Program-made: the position numbers and the translations under genes
Shown here: positions 39,279-49,358 of the stretch, piece by piece
How positions within the stretch are numbered: position 1 is the stretch's first letter
How the letters are laid out: each line of letters begins with the position of its first letter
From: Bdellovibrionales bacterium
GTDB taxonomy: Bacteria > Bdellovibrionota > Bdellovibrionia > Bdellovibrionales > DASUEL01
Reading direction: 5' to 3'
Length of the DNA: 64,000 bases
Assembly (NCBI GenBank): GCA_050250255.1
Contig: JBFWOZ010000006.1
Location: forward strand, 1 to 64,000
Notes under the pieces: model-generated
What the model saw: the letters and a program-made list of their open reading frames with translations, nothing else
What the model was told of the DNA's origin: nothing
The model's database searches: none

Positions 39279-41521
39279 ATGTCTAGGCTGGTTCTCAGTT
39301 TATGAAGTGAGTTTCCAAATTTTCCAATAAATCGATTACGCTGACGGATTCTCGAAGCGTCCATAAGCATCCGGCCAGCCCATCGATAAACATTGAACTC
39401 CTGAATGAGCCCACGCATATTGCGCATTCGGTCTTTCTGTTCTCCTTCTGGCATTTCCAAAGCCATTTTTACTGCGGCTGCGGATTGGTCTATGTCATAG
39501 GGGTTGATGATGAGCGCCTCAGGCAGCTCTCTTGATGCTCCAGCAAATTGACTTAAAATCAAAACGCCTCGCTCATCATCCCTAGCAGCAACAAACTCTT
39601 TAGCGACCAAATTCATTCCGTCATGAAGGCTGCTCACAAAACAGAAGTCTGCTGCTCGAAAATATTTGTATACTTGGTCTGGTTCATGGTGCTCGATTTT
39701 GAGACAAATAGGGTCAATCCCATTTTTTGAAAATCTTAAATTTATTTTTCTTGCTAATGCCCTTACCTGAGCATCGAACTGCTGATATTGTTCGATTGTA
39801 GACCTGCTCGGTGCTGCGATCTGAATAAAACTGAATTTTCCGACCCACTCCGGCTCTAATTCAAGAAAACGTTCAATGGCACAAAATCTTTCGATAATTC
39901 CTTTTGTATAATCGAGTCGATCAACCCCTACTCCAATCTTAATATCGGGGGAAAACCCATTCAACTTGCGCACTTCGGTTCGACAATCTCTTGCTGGCGC
40001 TAAATCTTTCATCCAACGTGACGGCCATTCAATTGATATTGGATAATGTTTTACTGCTGTGAGTTTTCCGCCATAGGAAATCGTTAAGGTTTCCTGGTCG
40101 ATTCGACACTCTATAAATCTATCTACGGTATCAATAAAGTTATTGCAGTGAAACCTTGTGTGAAATCCTAAGATACTGCTGCCCAGTAGGCCATCTAGTA
40201 TTTCGTTTCTCCAGGGGCATATCCCAAATGCTTCGGGATTGGGCCAAGGAATGTGCCAGAATGAAATGATTGTTGCATTAGGGAGCTCCTTACGAATCAT
40301 TCTTGGTAGGAGAGCCAAGTGGTAGTCTTGAACCAGAATAACTGGATCTTGCGTTTTAGCTTCTTCAACGACTGCTTGTGCGAATTTTTTGTTTGCAGCC
40401 ACATATTGCTTCCAGTCCTCTCCACGAAATATCGGGCGTGTGTGAGCAATATGACATAAGGGCCAAAGACCCTCGTTTGCAAAGCCGTAATAGTAACCCT
40501 GCTCTTCTTCTTTGGTGAGCCAAACTCTTCGTATTTGATAGGAAGGATTATCTGGTGGAACCTGAACGTGATCTTTTTTGTCAACCACTTCGCGGTCGGC
40601 CGTTCCACTGCCATGAGCAATCCAGGTCCCAGAACAAGCTCTCATAACCGGCTCTAATGCAGTTACAAGACCGCTCGCTGGAAGCTGTACCTCAATTTTT
40701 CCGTCATGATGATTGTGGATATAAGGCTCTCTATTAGAAACTATGAGAATTTCATCACCCTCAAAGTCGCCATGTAGAATTTCCTTTAATGCCTGTGGAC
40801 TCCATGTAATTTGATTTTCGTCTCGGGCTTTACGATCAGCTTCGAGATCACGCACTAAAGCACGAAGATCTTTTGCAATAGGTCGAAGCTCGGGCCTCAT
40901 TAATCTCAAGGCGGGCTTTAGCAAACCTTCTCCGCGAATGATGGAGCGAATACCTGAGACCCATCCCTTCCAACTCAGCTGAGCAACAATTACGGTAATC
41001 ACGGAAATAACCACACCGAGAATCGCAAAGAGCAAAAAAACATACCATTTCGTATCTGAACTTCTTTTCTGTACAAAACTCATGTCGTGAATGAGAACAA
41101 GGTGGCCCAAGCTTTTCGACTCCTCTTGAATCGGCTGAAATGCTATGTGCAAAAGACCTTGCGGATGATTTACGGTCGAACTTGTTTTTTTTCCCAGCTC
41201 TGAAGCCTCAGTGCATTTAATTTCAGAAGGAAAAGTCTTAGTTTTATAAATTAATTTTTTTGAAGGATCACAAAATCCCAAAGCATAAAGCCTCTCGTCT
41301 TGAACCATTCGATTAAAAAGTTTTTCTACCTTGGGTGTTGAGTTTTGAGAAATGTACGACGACAATGTGTCTTGCACAGAGCTTGCGACAAGCTGCGCAC
41401 GAATCTCAAGATCTCGAGAGAACCATTTTAGAGTAAGCGCATCCACGAGTGGCACCAGGGCGTAAGCTACGAGCCCAAGAACTAAAATCAATGGAAAAAT
41501 AAATCGAAGAGACAGCCGCAT
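39275..41521 (-). CDS. otsA: Trehalose-6-phosphate synthase with N-terminal TM-periplasmic-TM module
   Basis: VSNREP, ASGLV.AL, YYGFANEGLWPLCH, QDYHL, FWHIPWP, VDRLDYTKG, DGMNLVAKE. Confidence 0.92.
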   Translation of the reverse strand: MRLSLRFIFPLILVLGLVAYALVPLVDALTLKWFSRDLEIRAQLVASSVQDTLSSYISQNSTPKVEKLFNRMVQDERLYALGFCDPSKKLIYKTKTFPSEIKCTEASELGKKTSSTVNHPQGLLHIAFQPIQEESKSLGHLVLIHDMSFVQKRSSDTKWYVFLLFAILGVVISVITVIVAQLSWKGWVSGIRSIIRGEGLLKPALRLMRPELRPIAKDLRALVRDLEADRKARDENQITWSPQALKEILHGDFEGDEILIVSNREPYIHNHHDGKIEVQLPASGLVTALEPVMRACSGTWIAHGSGTADREVVDKKDHVQVPPDNPSYQIRRVWLTKEEEQGYYYGFANEGLWPLCHIAHTRPIFRGEDWKQYVAANKKFAQAVVEEAKTQDPVILVQDYHLALLPRMIRKELPNATIISFWHIPWPNPEAFGICPWRNEILDGLLGSSILGFHTRFHCNNFIDTVDRFIECRIDQETLTISYGGKLTAVKHYPISIEWPSRWMKDLAPARDCRTEVRKLNGFSPDIKIGVGVDRLDYTKGIIERFCAIERFLELEPEWVGKFSFIQIAAPSRSTIEQYQQFDAQVRALARKINLRFSKNGIDPICLKIEHHEPDQVYKYFRAADFCFVSSLHDGMNLVAKEFVAARDDERGVLILSQFAGASRELPEALIINPYDIDQSAAAVKMALEMPEGEQKDRMRNMRGLIQEFNVYRWAGRMLMDASRIRQRNRFIGKFGNSLHKLRTSLDI

Positions 41522-41575
41522 GTCTGGACAATAAACATACTTTACTTTGATATCAAATGAAAATATGATATTTTG

Positions 41576-43351
41576 ATGTACCCATATGGACTTATCGGAA
41601 ACTGCCAAGCCTCCGCCTTAATTAGCGATCAGGGATCCATCGATTGGCTTTGTTTGCCACGCCCTGACAGCCCGCCCGTTTTTGGGAAAATCCTAGATCC
41701 GGAGGGTGGTCAATTTTCAATACGACCTGTTGGAAACTTTAAAAGTCATCAGTACTACATACCAAATACGAACGTGCTAGTAACTCATTTCAACTGCGAA
41801 GACGGTAGTGAATTCCAAATCACTGACTTTTGCCCCAGATTTGATCAATACGGACGGAAATTTCGTCCAATGGCGCTATTCAGAATTGTAGAGCCTCTTA
41901 AGGGTACGCCCCAAATAACAGTTTCGTGTGCGCCTGTGAATGGCTGGGAAAAAAAACAAGTAAAACCAATTTTTGGAAATAGTCATTTGAAGTTTCCAAT
42001 TCGAGGAGATTATTTTCGTGTCATTACAAGTATGCCACTCACGTACTTCGCTGGCGAAATCCAATGTTCCGTTAACGAGAAAATATATTTCGGACTGACC
42101 TGGAGTACGGGGCTGGAAGAAGATTTGGCTGTAATTGCAAATAGATTTTTAGACTCTACAATCGATTATTGGCGATCTTGGGTAAAACATTGCTCAATAC
42201 CAGCCCTCTTTCAAAAGGAAACAATTCGGTCGGCACTTGCACTTAAACTACACTGCTACGAGGACACTGGGGCAATTCTTGCCGCTTTAACAAGTAGTTT
42301 GCCAGAGGAAATTGGTAGCTTTCGCAACTGGGATTACCGATTTTGCTGGCTACGTGACGCCGCTTTCGTACTTTCTGCATTTCACAACCTCGGTCATTTT
42401 GAAGAGATGGAGGGTTTTCTCAAGTTTCTTCTCGACATAGGACATAAACATGAAAACTCCAAAGAGCGCTTAAGCCCAGTTTACGCTCTTGATCAGACGC
42501 TTCCAGTTCCCGAGATCTTACATACTAACTGGAAAGGTTTTAATGGTTCTGGACCGGTGAGGAGCAACAACCAGGCGGCAGAACATACCCAGAATGATGT
42601 TTACGGTGAATTAATTTTAACTTTAGCCCCCATTTTTTTCGATGAGCGCTTTCAGCACCTAAGGACGAAAGAGCATCAAGAGCTGGTGCAGAATCTTTTT
42701 GATTTGTGTAAGCGGACTATTAACCAACCCGATGCGGGACTTTGGGAGCACAGAGATGGATGGAAGGTTCATACGTTTTCCAACCTCATGAGTTGGGCAG
42801 GTATCGAACGAGTTTCACGCCTAAGAGCCATGGGATTTTTACAGGACTTAAATGTGGACGAAGTGTTGTCTGCTGAGTTGAAAGCAAAAGCTTCTGTGTT
42901 ATCCGCCTCCAAGGATGGAATAATTCGCAATGGCCCCAAGGACGACAGTATGGATGCGGCCCTTCTTCTCCTTCCGATTTTAAGATTCCCTGATGCAGAC
43001 TTGTGCAAATCTACGGTTTTAGAAATCGCAAAACTATTACGACTCGATGACTCTCCGCAGGGACAAAGTTTTTTATTTCGATACATTCGAAAAGATGACT
43101 GGGGTGCCCCACGCTCTGCATTTACGATTTGTTCGTTCTGGTTAGTACAAGCTCTCTTGAAGGTGGGTGAAGTTGAGCGAGCAAGAGACGTAATGAAAAA
43201 CGCGATGGGTGCCGCAAACAATCTTGGGCTGTTCGCAGAACACTTCATTCCCGGAGGCATCCAGCTGGGAAATTACCCACAAGCCTACTCACATGTTGGG
43301 CTTATAAACGCTGCTTTCAATATTAGTCCCAGCTGGGGTGAGATCCTTTAG
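41576..43351 (+). CDS. GH15 glycoside hydrolase (trehalase-like)
   Basis: GSIDWLCLPRPDS, SLPE..G..RNWDYRFCWLRD, CSFWL, GNYPQAYSH. Confidence 0.9.
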   Translation: MYPYGLIGNCQASALISDQGSIDWLCLPRPDSPPVFGKILDPEGGQFSIRPVGNFKSHQYYIPNTNVLVTHFNCEDGSEFQITDFCPRFDQYGRKFRPMALFRIVEPLKGTPQITVSCAPVNGWEKKQVKPIFGNSHLKFPIRGDYFRVITSMPLTYFAGEIQCSVNEKIYFGLTWSTGLEEDLAVIANRFLDSTIDYWRSWVKHCSIPALFQKETIRSALALKLHCYEDTGAILAALTSSLPEEIGSFRNWDYRFCWLRDAAFVLSAFHNLGHFEEMEGFLKFLLDIGHKHENSKERLSPVYALDQTLPVPEILHTNWKGFNGSGPVRSNNQAAEHTQNDVYGELILTLAPIFFDERFQHLRTKEHQELVQNLFDLCKRTINQPDAGLWEHRDGWKVHTFSNLMSWAGIERVSRLRAMGFLQDLNVDEVLSAELKAKASVLSASKDGIIRNGPKDDSMDAALLLLPILRFPDADLCKSTVLEIAKLLRLDDSPQGQSFLFRYIRKDDWGAPRSAFTICSFWLVQALLKVGEVERARDVMKNAMGAANNLGLFAEHFIPGGIQLGNYPQAYSHVGLINAAFNISPSWGEIL

Positions 43352-44286
43352 GCAGCCGATGCAGACGGAGCACTTTTTTGCCTCTTGGCAATTTTTAAAA
43401 TAAAGCGCGTATTCGAAGATGAGCTGTCATAGGAAAGAAGTCCTCCATGATTTTCAGCGATTTTTTTTGATATACTGAGCCCTATTCCAGTCCCCTTTCC
43501 TATTTCTTTCGTTGTAAAAAAGGGTTGAAAGAGTTTTTTTACAACTTCATCGGGAATTTTATTCCCGCAGTCTGTAACTGAAAACTCCACATAATTATCC
43601 GATTCGGCCACTTTCAACTCGATCCATTTATTATCAAATTTTTGAACGGCGTCTAAAGAGTTATTCAATAGATTCAGAAGTGCTTGGCACACCTCAACTT
43701 CACGACATTCCGCCTTCATGTTTGGCTCAAGGTCAATGATTCTCAGGGTGACATTATGTTGTTTAAATTTCTCAGAACAAAAAATAAGTACGTCTTCTAT
43801 AATTTTTTTAATCGGTACTTCTAAAAAGGAGTCTTTACTTCCATCTCTAGAAAAGTCCCTCAAACTCTTTATTATCTTTGCTACTCTCCAGGCACTCGCT
43901 TCGATTTGCTTGAGCGCATCAACAAGTGTCTCTTCACTTAAACTGTTATCCTCCCTTTGCTCTATCAATTGACTGGCGAGAATGCTTATTAAACCGATTG
44001 GATTATTGATCTCATGAGCAATGCCCCCTGCCATTTCACCTAAAGTCGCAAATTTTGCCGAATGCGCAGTTTTAGCTTTTTCTAGGTCCAACGCCTGCCA
44101 GCGCTCTTGCATTTCCTTTGAGGAAATATTCAAGGCTCTTTCTAGAAGATATCTCTCCTGGTCACAGTCCAAATAAACCTTATTAACCCGCTCCAAAAAA
44201 TCCTGCCACTTACTTATTTCCGCAGGCAAACTGCCTTGCTCAAGAGACAGAAGTTTAAGTTGTCGTGCCAATAATTTATGGATCAC
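43348..44286 (-). CDS. Histidine kinase associated with FIST sensor
   Basis: AGGIAHEINNPI, NLLNNSLDA, GTGIGL; coupled to the FIST gene. Confidence 0.9.
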   Translation of the reverse strand: MIHKLLARQLKLLSLEQGSLPAEISKWQDFLERVNKVYLDCDQERYLLERALNISSKEMQERWQALDLEKAKTAHSAKFATLGEMAGGIAHEINNPIGLISILASQLIEQREDNSLSEETLVDALKQIEASAWRVAKIIKSLRDFSRDGSKDSFLEVPIKKIIEDVLIFCSEKFKQHNVTLRIIDLEPNMKAECREVEVCQALLNLLNNSLDAVQKFDNKWIELKVAESDNYVEFSVTDCGNKIPDEVVKKLFQPFFTTKEIGKGTGIGLSISKKIAENHGGLLSYDSSSSNTRFILKIAKRQKSAPSASAA

Positions 44287-45431
44287 GCAGCCTCTTCCTC
44301 ACTTATTGTTGTGAGAGTCATTGTTTGATTGTGCAGCTCACAAGATTGTCCTTTAACAAAAGGTGAAATTTCACCATAAGAATAAAATCCCACTTGTTGT
44401 GTGCCTGCAGGAAGCCTTTCAAGTGTGGCTTCGACCTCCTCGTCAATTCGCTCTCCCAACACAAGTCTTCGCCCAACACAACTGATGGCTATTGCCAACC
44501 GTGGCTCTTTCTCGCCCCCCTTATCTAACAATTCTGCTGCAGTAGAAGCTCCTTCAATAAGCCGTTCAAAATTTGCTCTCATAAGCTGTGCTAGCGATCC
44601 TTGTGGGATATTCCCCGCAAAAGTCATTGTCTGCTTTAATTCGTCAACCGCCAAAATAGTTCTTACAATACGCTTGTTATCGTTTTCATTGAGACGAATC
44701 TGCAAAGGAAAAAGCAATGCAGCCGCAGGAAGACCTTTCGCTTCGTCTCCTAAATATTCTTTATAGAGGCTAAGAGCGGGCTTGCCATCAAGTTCATACA
44801 AGACGTTGGCTTCAGATTTAGTCACGATTCTTTCTGGACCAAAAATATCCCAACCACCTTGAGAACTATGACCTAATTTAATTTTATTTCCATAAAAGCC
44901 AACTGCAGAAATATGACCTGAGACGGGTAGACCATTGTTCAAAGTCCATGTTTCTTTAAAGTCACTTCCGTCACCCGCAAGGCCGCCAGTAACGATAACT
45001 TTTGGGGAGAGATTTTCACTCAACCCTCTAACTAAATCACTGCCATTAATTTTTAAACCGTCTGATAAAACAAAAACGCCAGATAGTTCCGGTGTATTCA
45101 ATTTCTCAGCGAGTTTTTTTCCAGCATCAAACGACTGTGACATTTCACCTATGTGCATTGTAGCCATTTTAACTTTCGTATGAGAGAACTGAGCAATCGC
45201 AACTGATAGGCTGTGATCATAAACGTGGTTATTAAATATTTCTCCTGCCCCCGAGCAGCCAATTAAAAGAGACCTCGGGAATTTTTGTTTCAGATCCTCA
45301 AAAATCGTTTTATCATTTCTACAGTCAGGAGCGCCAAAGACAAATATGACCGTTGATGGGGAATCAAGACTGGTGTCGAAATTGTTTTTGTGCCCGTCTT
45401 TTGGAACATATCTATACGTTTTTAGTTTCAT
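44283..45431 (-). CDS. FIST-domain (NosP-like) sensor protein
   Basis: GCSGAGEI, LSDGL.INGS, GGLAGDG, SCVGRR, GFYSYGEI, LHNQTM. Confidence 0.92.
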   Translation of the reverse strand: MKLKTYRYVPKDGHKNNFDTSLDSPSTVIFVFGAPDCRNDKTIFEDLKQKFPRSLLIGCSGAGEIFNNHVYDHSLSVAIAQFSHTKVKMATMHIGEMSQSFDAGKKLAEKLNTPELSGVFVLSDGLKINGSDLVRGLSENLSPKVIVTGGLAGDGSDFKETWTLNNGLPVSGHISAVGFYGNKIKLGHSSQGGWDIFGPERIVTKSEANVLYELDGKPALSLYKEYLGDEAKGLPAAALLFPLQIRLNENDNKRIVRTILAVDELKQTMTFAGNIPQGSLAQLMRANFERLIEGASTAAELLDKGGEKEPRLAIAISCVGRRLVLGERIDEEVEATLERLPAGTQQVGFYSYGEISPFVKGQSCELHNQTMTLTTISEEEAA

Positions 45432-45707
45432 ACTTCCCCTCGATCTGTTGGCGATATGCCGTCGTTAATTATTTTTAAAATATTTTCTATAACCGATTGT
45501 ACGCATGATCTTTCTCGTGACAATTTTCAAAATCGATAGATTTTTCCGTACTTTGCATAGGTACTGGTCGGCAAAAAATGAGGCCGCCTCAATAGGTTTA
45601 GCTGTTTATAGCCTTATCAAATTGAGGACATTGTTTGTGCTTTATGAAAAGCAAGACTTTGGTCTTAAGATAACTGTTTGATGCGAAAGTTTCGTCTCAT
45701 CCTCATA

Positions 45708-45731
45708 CGGCAGAGCCTTAAAGCCCTGCCG
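45708..45731 (-). terminator. Hairpin, probable terminator
   Basis: CGGCAGaGC-cttaaa-GCcCTGCCG just after stop 45747. Confidence 0.5.
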
Positions 45732-45746
45732 TAACGAGACGGTCAT

Positions 45747-46106
45747 TTACTTCCCTGTAAAATTAGCAGCAACAAAATCACCATTTGGCTTTAAAAAGAT
45801 GAAAAGTTTTTTTCCTTTTTCGCCCTTTTCATTATTAAACGTGACGAGCCACTCTGTCTTTTTGCCAGTTCCCTTTTTTTCGGCTTTATCAAAAGTAGCG
45901 TCCACCCATGAGCCATCTATCTTGCCGATTTTAACCAGTCTCTTGACATGCAAAGCTCCAGCCTCTTGCGCAGACTGCTCGGTTAAAGCGGGTGCATCGT
46001 GAGTGTGCGTCTTGCCATCTTCGTGAGCATGTCCATGGGAGTGTCCTGGGCCTGCAAAGCTTACGGAACTATAAACAGTGAGTGCTAATATTAATAACGA
46101 TTTCAT
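45747..46106 (-). CDS. Secreted His-rich protein (DUF6488-like)
   Basis: Signal peptide, GPGHSHGHAH, KIDGSW, LFIFL..G..AANFTGK; SD AAGGAG before ATG 46106. Confidence 0.7.
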   Translation of the reverse strand: MKSLLILALTVYSSVSFAGPGHSHGHAHEDGKTHTHDAPALTEQSAQEAGALHVKRLVKIGKIDGSWVDATFDKAEKKGTGKKTEWLVTFNNEKGEKGKKLFIFLKPNGDFVAANFTGK

Positions 46107-46116
46107 AAATTCTCCT

Positions 46117-46893
46117 TTATAAATTGTCATGTTGAGGGACATTGGTTTCTGGTTCATCGATACTTAGATGGTGATGGATATGGTTGTCTTCACTAAAGCC
46201 AAATTCGTCGGGATGAGAAGTGTGCAAATATCCATGCAGCTGCATGAGTAACAACATAAACCCCGCAAGAATCAGCGCATCGTTAGCCACCTTGGCAAAT
46301 CTCATAAACCCTTGGGTTTTGCGAATTCCTGAGAGCAAGAGAAGCATGACTGTGAGAGCGACGATCTGCCCAAGCTCGACGCCTATGTTGAAGGAGATGA
46401 TTCTCATGAGCATTTCTCCGCCCTTTTCACCGAGTGGCAACTGCTGCAGTCGTGTAGAGAGTCCAAAGCCGTGAATGAGTCCAAAGGTAAAAACCATAAA
46501 CAAAAGGTTGGGGGCGGATTTCATACCAAAATAATTCTGAAACCCTTTGTTGTTATCAAAACCCTTGTAACAAACACTGATCGCTATCACCGCGTCGATA
46601 AGCCAGTAGTTGGCGGTGATTCCCATAAACGTTGCAAAGATGAGCGTAATACTATGACCAAGCGTAAATACGCTAATAAACCTAATAATATCTTTAACGT
46701 TCGTCAGAAAGAAAATCACACCGAACAAAAAGAGCAAATGATCGTAGCCCGTAATCATGTGCTCAGCACCAAGCATGACGTATTGGAGGTAACCCCCTTC
46801 AATCATTGCTTTTTTAGCTTCTTCACTTAATCCGTGAGCAAGCGAGTTGTTGGCATACAAAAACGCAAACAAGCTCAATACAAATTTAAACAT
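46117..46893 (-). CDS. HupE/UreJ-family Ni/Co transporter-like membrane protein
   Basis: GAEHMITGYDHLLFL, FTLGHSITL, FGLIHGFG, FNIGVELGQ. Confidence 0.88.
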   Translation of the reverse strand: MFKFVLSLFAFLYANNSLAHGLSEEAKKAMIEGGYLQYVMLGAEHMITGYDHLLFLFGVIFFLTNVKDIIRFISVFTLGHSITLIFATFMGITANYWLIDAVIAISVCYKGFDNNKGFQNYFGMKSAPNLLFMVFTFGLIHGFGLSTRLQQLPLGEKGGEMLMRIISFNIGVELGQIVALTVMLLLLSGIRKTQGFMRFAKVANDALILAGFMLLLMQLHGYLHTSHPDEFGFSEDNHIHHHLSIDEPETNVPQHDNL

Positions 46894-46933
46894 ATATTCT
46901 CCCGTTTTATAATTTAGTTTTGATAAATGAAAA

Positions 46934-47311
46934 CTAAACTATGGGAGGACGAAAAATCCCGAATGTGTGGGGATTGGATATTAGTTTGTGTTCTGCAAAA
47001 CCAACAGAGGGGTCACACTCTGGAAAACTCATCGTGCAAACCGTAGGTAGATACATACCGGTAGTAGAAGTTTGAAATGCTTTTGAGTGCTCATGGTGAT
47101 GTTCGTGTTCTGCTCCATCTGCGCTATGCTTATGAACATGTGCGTGAGCTTCATTGGTATCGTCAATGTTCTCGTGATGAATTAGAGTGTAGTCTGAAAA
47201 TTCATCGAGATGTTCTTGAATGTTATTCATATCGACCACGGCAACGGCCGGAAGCCATCCCGTGAGGAAAACCAATAAAACGCGAAATAATTTTCTCGAA
47301 AGCTGCGCCAC
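46934..47311 (-). CDS. His-rich hypothetical protein
   Basis: HAHVHKH..EHEHHHEH; C-terminal FRPP motif typical of metal-transport leader proteins. Confidence 0.6.
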   Translation of the reverse strand: MAQLSRKLFRVLLVFLTGWLPAVAVVDMNNIQEHLDEFSDYTLIHHENIDDTNEAHAHVHKHSADGAEHEHHHEHSKAFQTSTTGMYLPTVCTMSFPECDPSVGFAEHKLISNPHTFGIFRPPIV

Positions 47312-47404
47312 TCTCTAACTCTAAAGTAGAGTTTTCAGTTGATAAAGGTATTTGATTTTATGATTCTTTGCGCAAGTAGTAACCTATCGATTTCCTACTT
47401 CAGT

Positions 47405-48646
47405 TTATCGCTTAGGTATTTTCTTAGCGATCATAAACATCATGACGAGCGTTAATATAGCAGCACCACAGACGACGTTTCCAAGGATATCAAAACGCTC
47501 GATCTTTCCCGAAGTTTGCTGAATGACAATAAACCCCGCAAGTGCTGAGGCCACACCACCCGAGATTTGCTGCAAAGAAGAGCTCACTGACATGAAGGCG
47601 CCCCTACTTCTCGGCTCCGGTACGGAAGACATCAGAGCTTGTGAGGGAATCATTCTTGAGAAGATCCCAATAAACAAAACCGCGTTCACGATAATGACCG
47701 CATAAAGAGGTGAAACATCCATGCGAGTGTAAATACTCACCATGAGAATCGACAGTAGGGTACCGAAAATAAAAATCGGCATTTTTCCAAATTGATCGCT
47801 CGCGCGTCCCACCAGAGGTCCTGTAACCATCGCACAGAGGCCGGTCACCATATAAATCAGAGGAAGATCGCTGACTGCAATCCCCATATTGTTCACGGTG
47901 AAGGCGCTCGCAAATGGCATAATCATAAATCCGCCCGTACTTAAAAGCGCGGTGGTTAAAAAAGCTTGAAGATAGAGCGGCGTTGAGATGGTTTCCGCTA
48001 AGTGATGCATCGCTTTGCGATCTGTCTGAAGCTTCAGATGTTCATCGATGGGTTTCAGGTAAATAAAAATAATAACGCCCGCGACAAGTCCTAAAAGCAC
48101 AATCATTACAAACGGCGCATGCCATCCCCATACGTTTGAGAGATATAAACTAAAAGGAAGACCAAAAACTTGGCTTACGGCAAAAGCCGTTTGCACAAAT
48201 CCCATCACACGCCCTCGCATTTCAAAGGGAAATAGATCGGTTACAATTGCAAAAACAACAGACCCAAGAACCCCACCAAAAACGCCCGTCACGAGGCGCG
48301 CGAAAAGTAAAAAATAATAGCTGGTCGCAAGCGCACAAAGAAGGGTGCCTACAAGAAAGCCTACATAAAAAAACATCAATAATTTTTTACGGTCATAGCG
48401 ATCGGCAAATCCGCTCGCAAGAAAACCGGCTATCCCAGCGCTGAAAGCATAAATCGAAACCACAAAGCCAAACTCCTGTGGAGTGATTTGAAAAGCCGGC
48501 ATCAGAATAGCGCCAAGCGGAGACAAAATCATAAAATCGAGGATGATCGTGAATTGTAAAAACACGAGAATGCCCACAACTAATTTTTGATAAGATGAAA
48601 ACTTTTGATTGCTTGCTGGTGCTGGCGAAACTTGAGGATTTTCCAT
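47405..48646 (-). CDS. MFS transporter
   Basis: About 12 TM; ADRYDRKK and RGR.MG motifs. Confidence 0.92.
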   Translation of the reverse strand: MENPQVSPAPASNQKFSSYQKLVVGILVFLQFTIILDFMILSPLGAILMPAFQITPQEFGFVVSIYAFSAGIAGFLASGFADRYDRKKLLMFFYVGFLVGTLLCALATSYYFLLFARLVTGVFGGVLGSVVFAIVTDLFPFEMRGRVMGFVQTAFAVSQVFGLPFSLYLSNVWGWHAPFVMIVLLGLVAGVIIFIYLKPIDEHLKLQTDRKAMHHLAETISTPLYLQAFLTTALLSTGGFMIMPFASAFTVNNMGIAVSDLPLIYMVTGLCAMVTGPLVGRASDQFGKMPIFIFGTLLSILMVSIYTRMDVSPLYAVIIVNAVLFIGIFSRMIPSQALMSSVPEPRSRGAFMSVSSSLQQISGGVASALAGFIVIQQTSGKIERFDILGNVVCGAAILTLVMMFMIAKKIPKR

Positions 48647-48729
48647 TTTTTAAGTTTGAACTCCTGGGTGGTGGAGTCAAGCTCGAGCTGGACAAAAAGT
48701 TGACGAGCACCTATGAGATAAGGATGGGT

Positions 48730-49350
48730 ATGTTTGAAATCATTTTTATTATCATCGGTATTATCGCCGTCACTGTGGCCTATGTTTATGTGTCACACCA
48801 GACCAAATTAATAGAGCGGCGCACTCAAGAGTCTTTGAAACAAAAAGGATACGTCATTGAAAAAGTGAGGCGACCGAACGTGGGTCGATTCACTCGCGCA
48901 TGGAGTCGGTTTTCGCAAGCCGTACCGCTGTATTTACAAGTGTCCAACCAAGATGATGTGAGTATATTGGCGGGACGTTTAGGGATTGCAGACGCCAAGA
49001 TAGGACATGAGGAATTCGATAAAGCTTTTGTTGTACGCACGAATCAAATCGAACTTGCAAAGCGCGTATTGACCCCTGAATTGAGAGAAATCCTACTTCA
49101 AAAGCCCAACATTCGCTTTCGAACGGGCTCTCTCGACTCATTGTTATCTGTCGATTACTTCCCGCTGATTAAAACAGATCGTGATCTAAGAAATCTATGG
49201 ATGATTGATCAGCTAGGAGATTTTGACGTAGCCGCTTCAGAAAAACTGTATCAACTTGGACTAACGATTTCTGAATCTGTGAAAACCGTTTGTCAGTCCT
49301 CGCCCGTATCTCATTTGGAAATACGGACGAGTGCCTTTGAAGGACGATAG
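48730..49350 (+). CDS. Membrane-anchored hypothetical protein
   Basis: N-terminal TM; IGHEEFDKAFVVR segment; start trimmed to avoid overlap with the MFS gene. Confidence 0.65.
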   Translation: MFEIIFIIIGIIAVTVAYVYVSHQTKLIERRTQESLKQKGYVIEKVRRPNVGRFTRAWSRFSQAVPLYLQVSNQDDVSILAGRLGIADAKIGHEEFDKAFVVRTNQIELAKRVLTPELREILLQKPNIRFRTGSLDSLLSVDYFPLIKTDRDLRNLWMIDQLGDFDVAASEKLYQLGLTISESVKTVCQSSPVSHLEIRTSAFEGR

Positions 49351-49358
49351 AAATCCGC

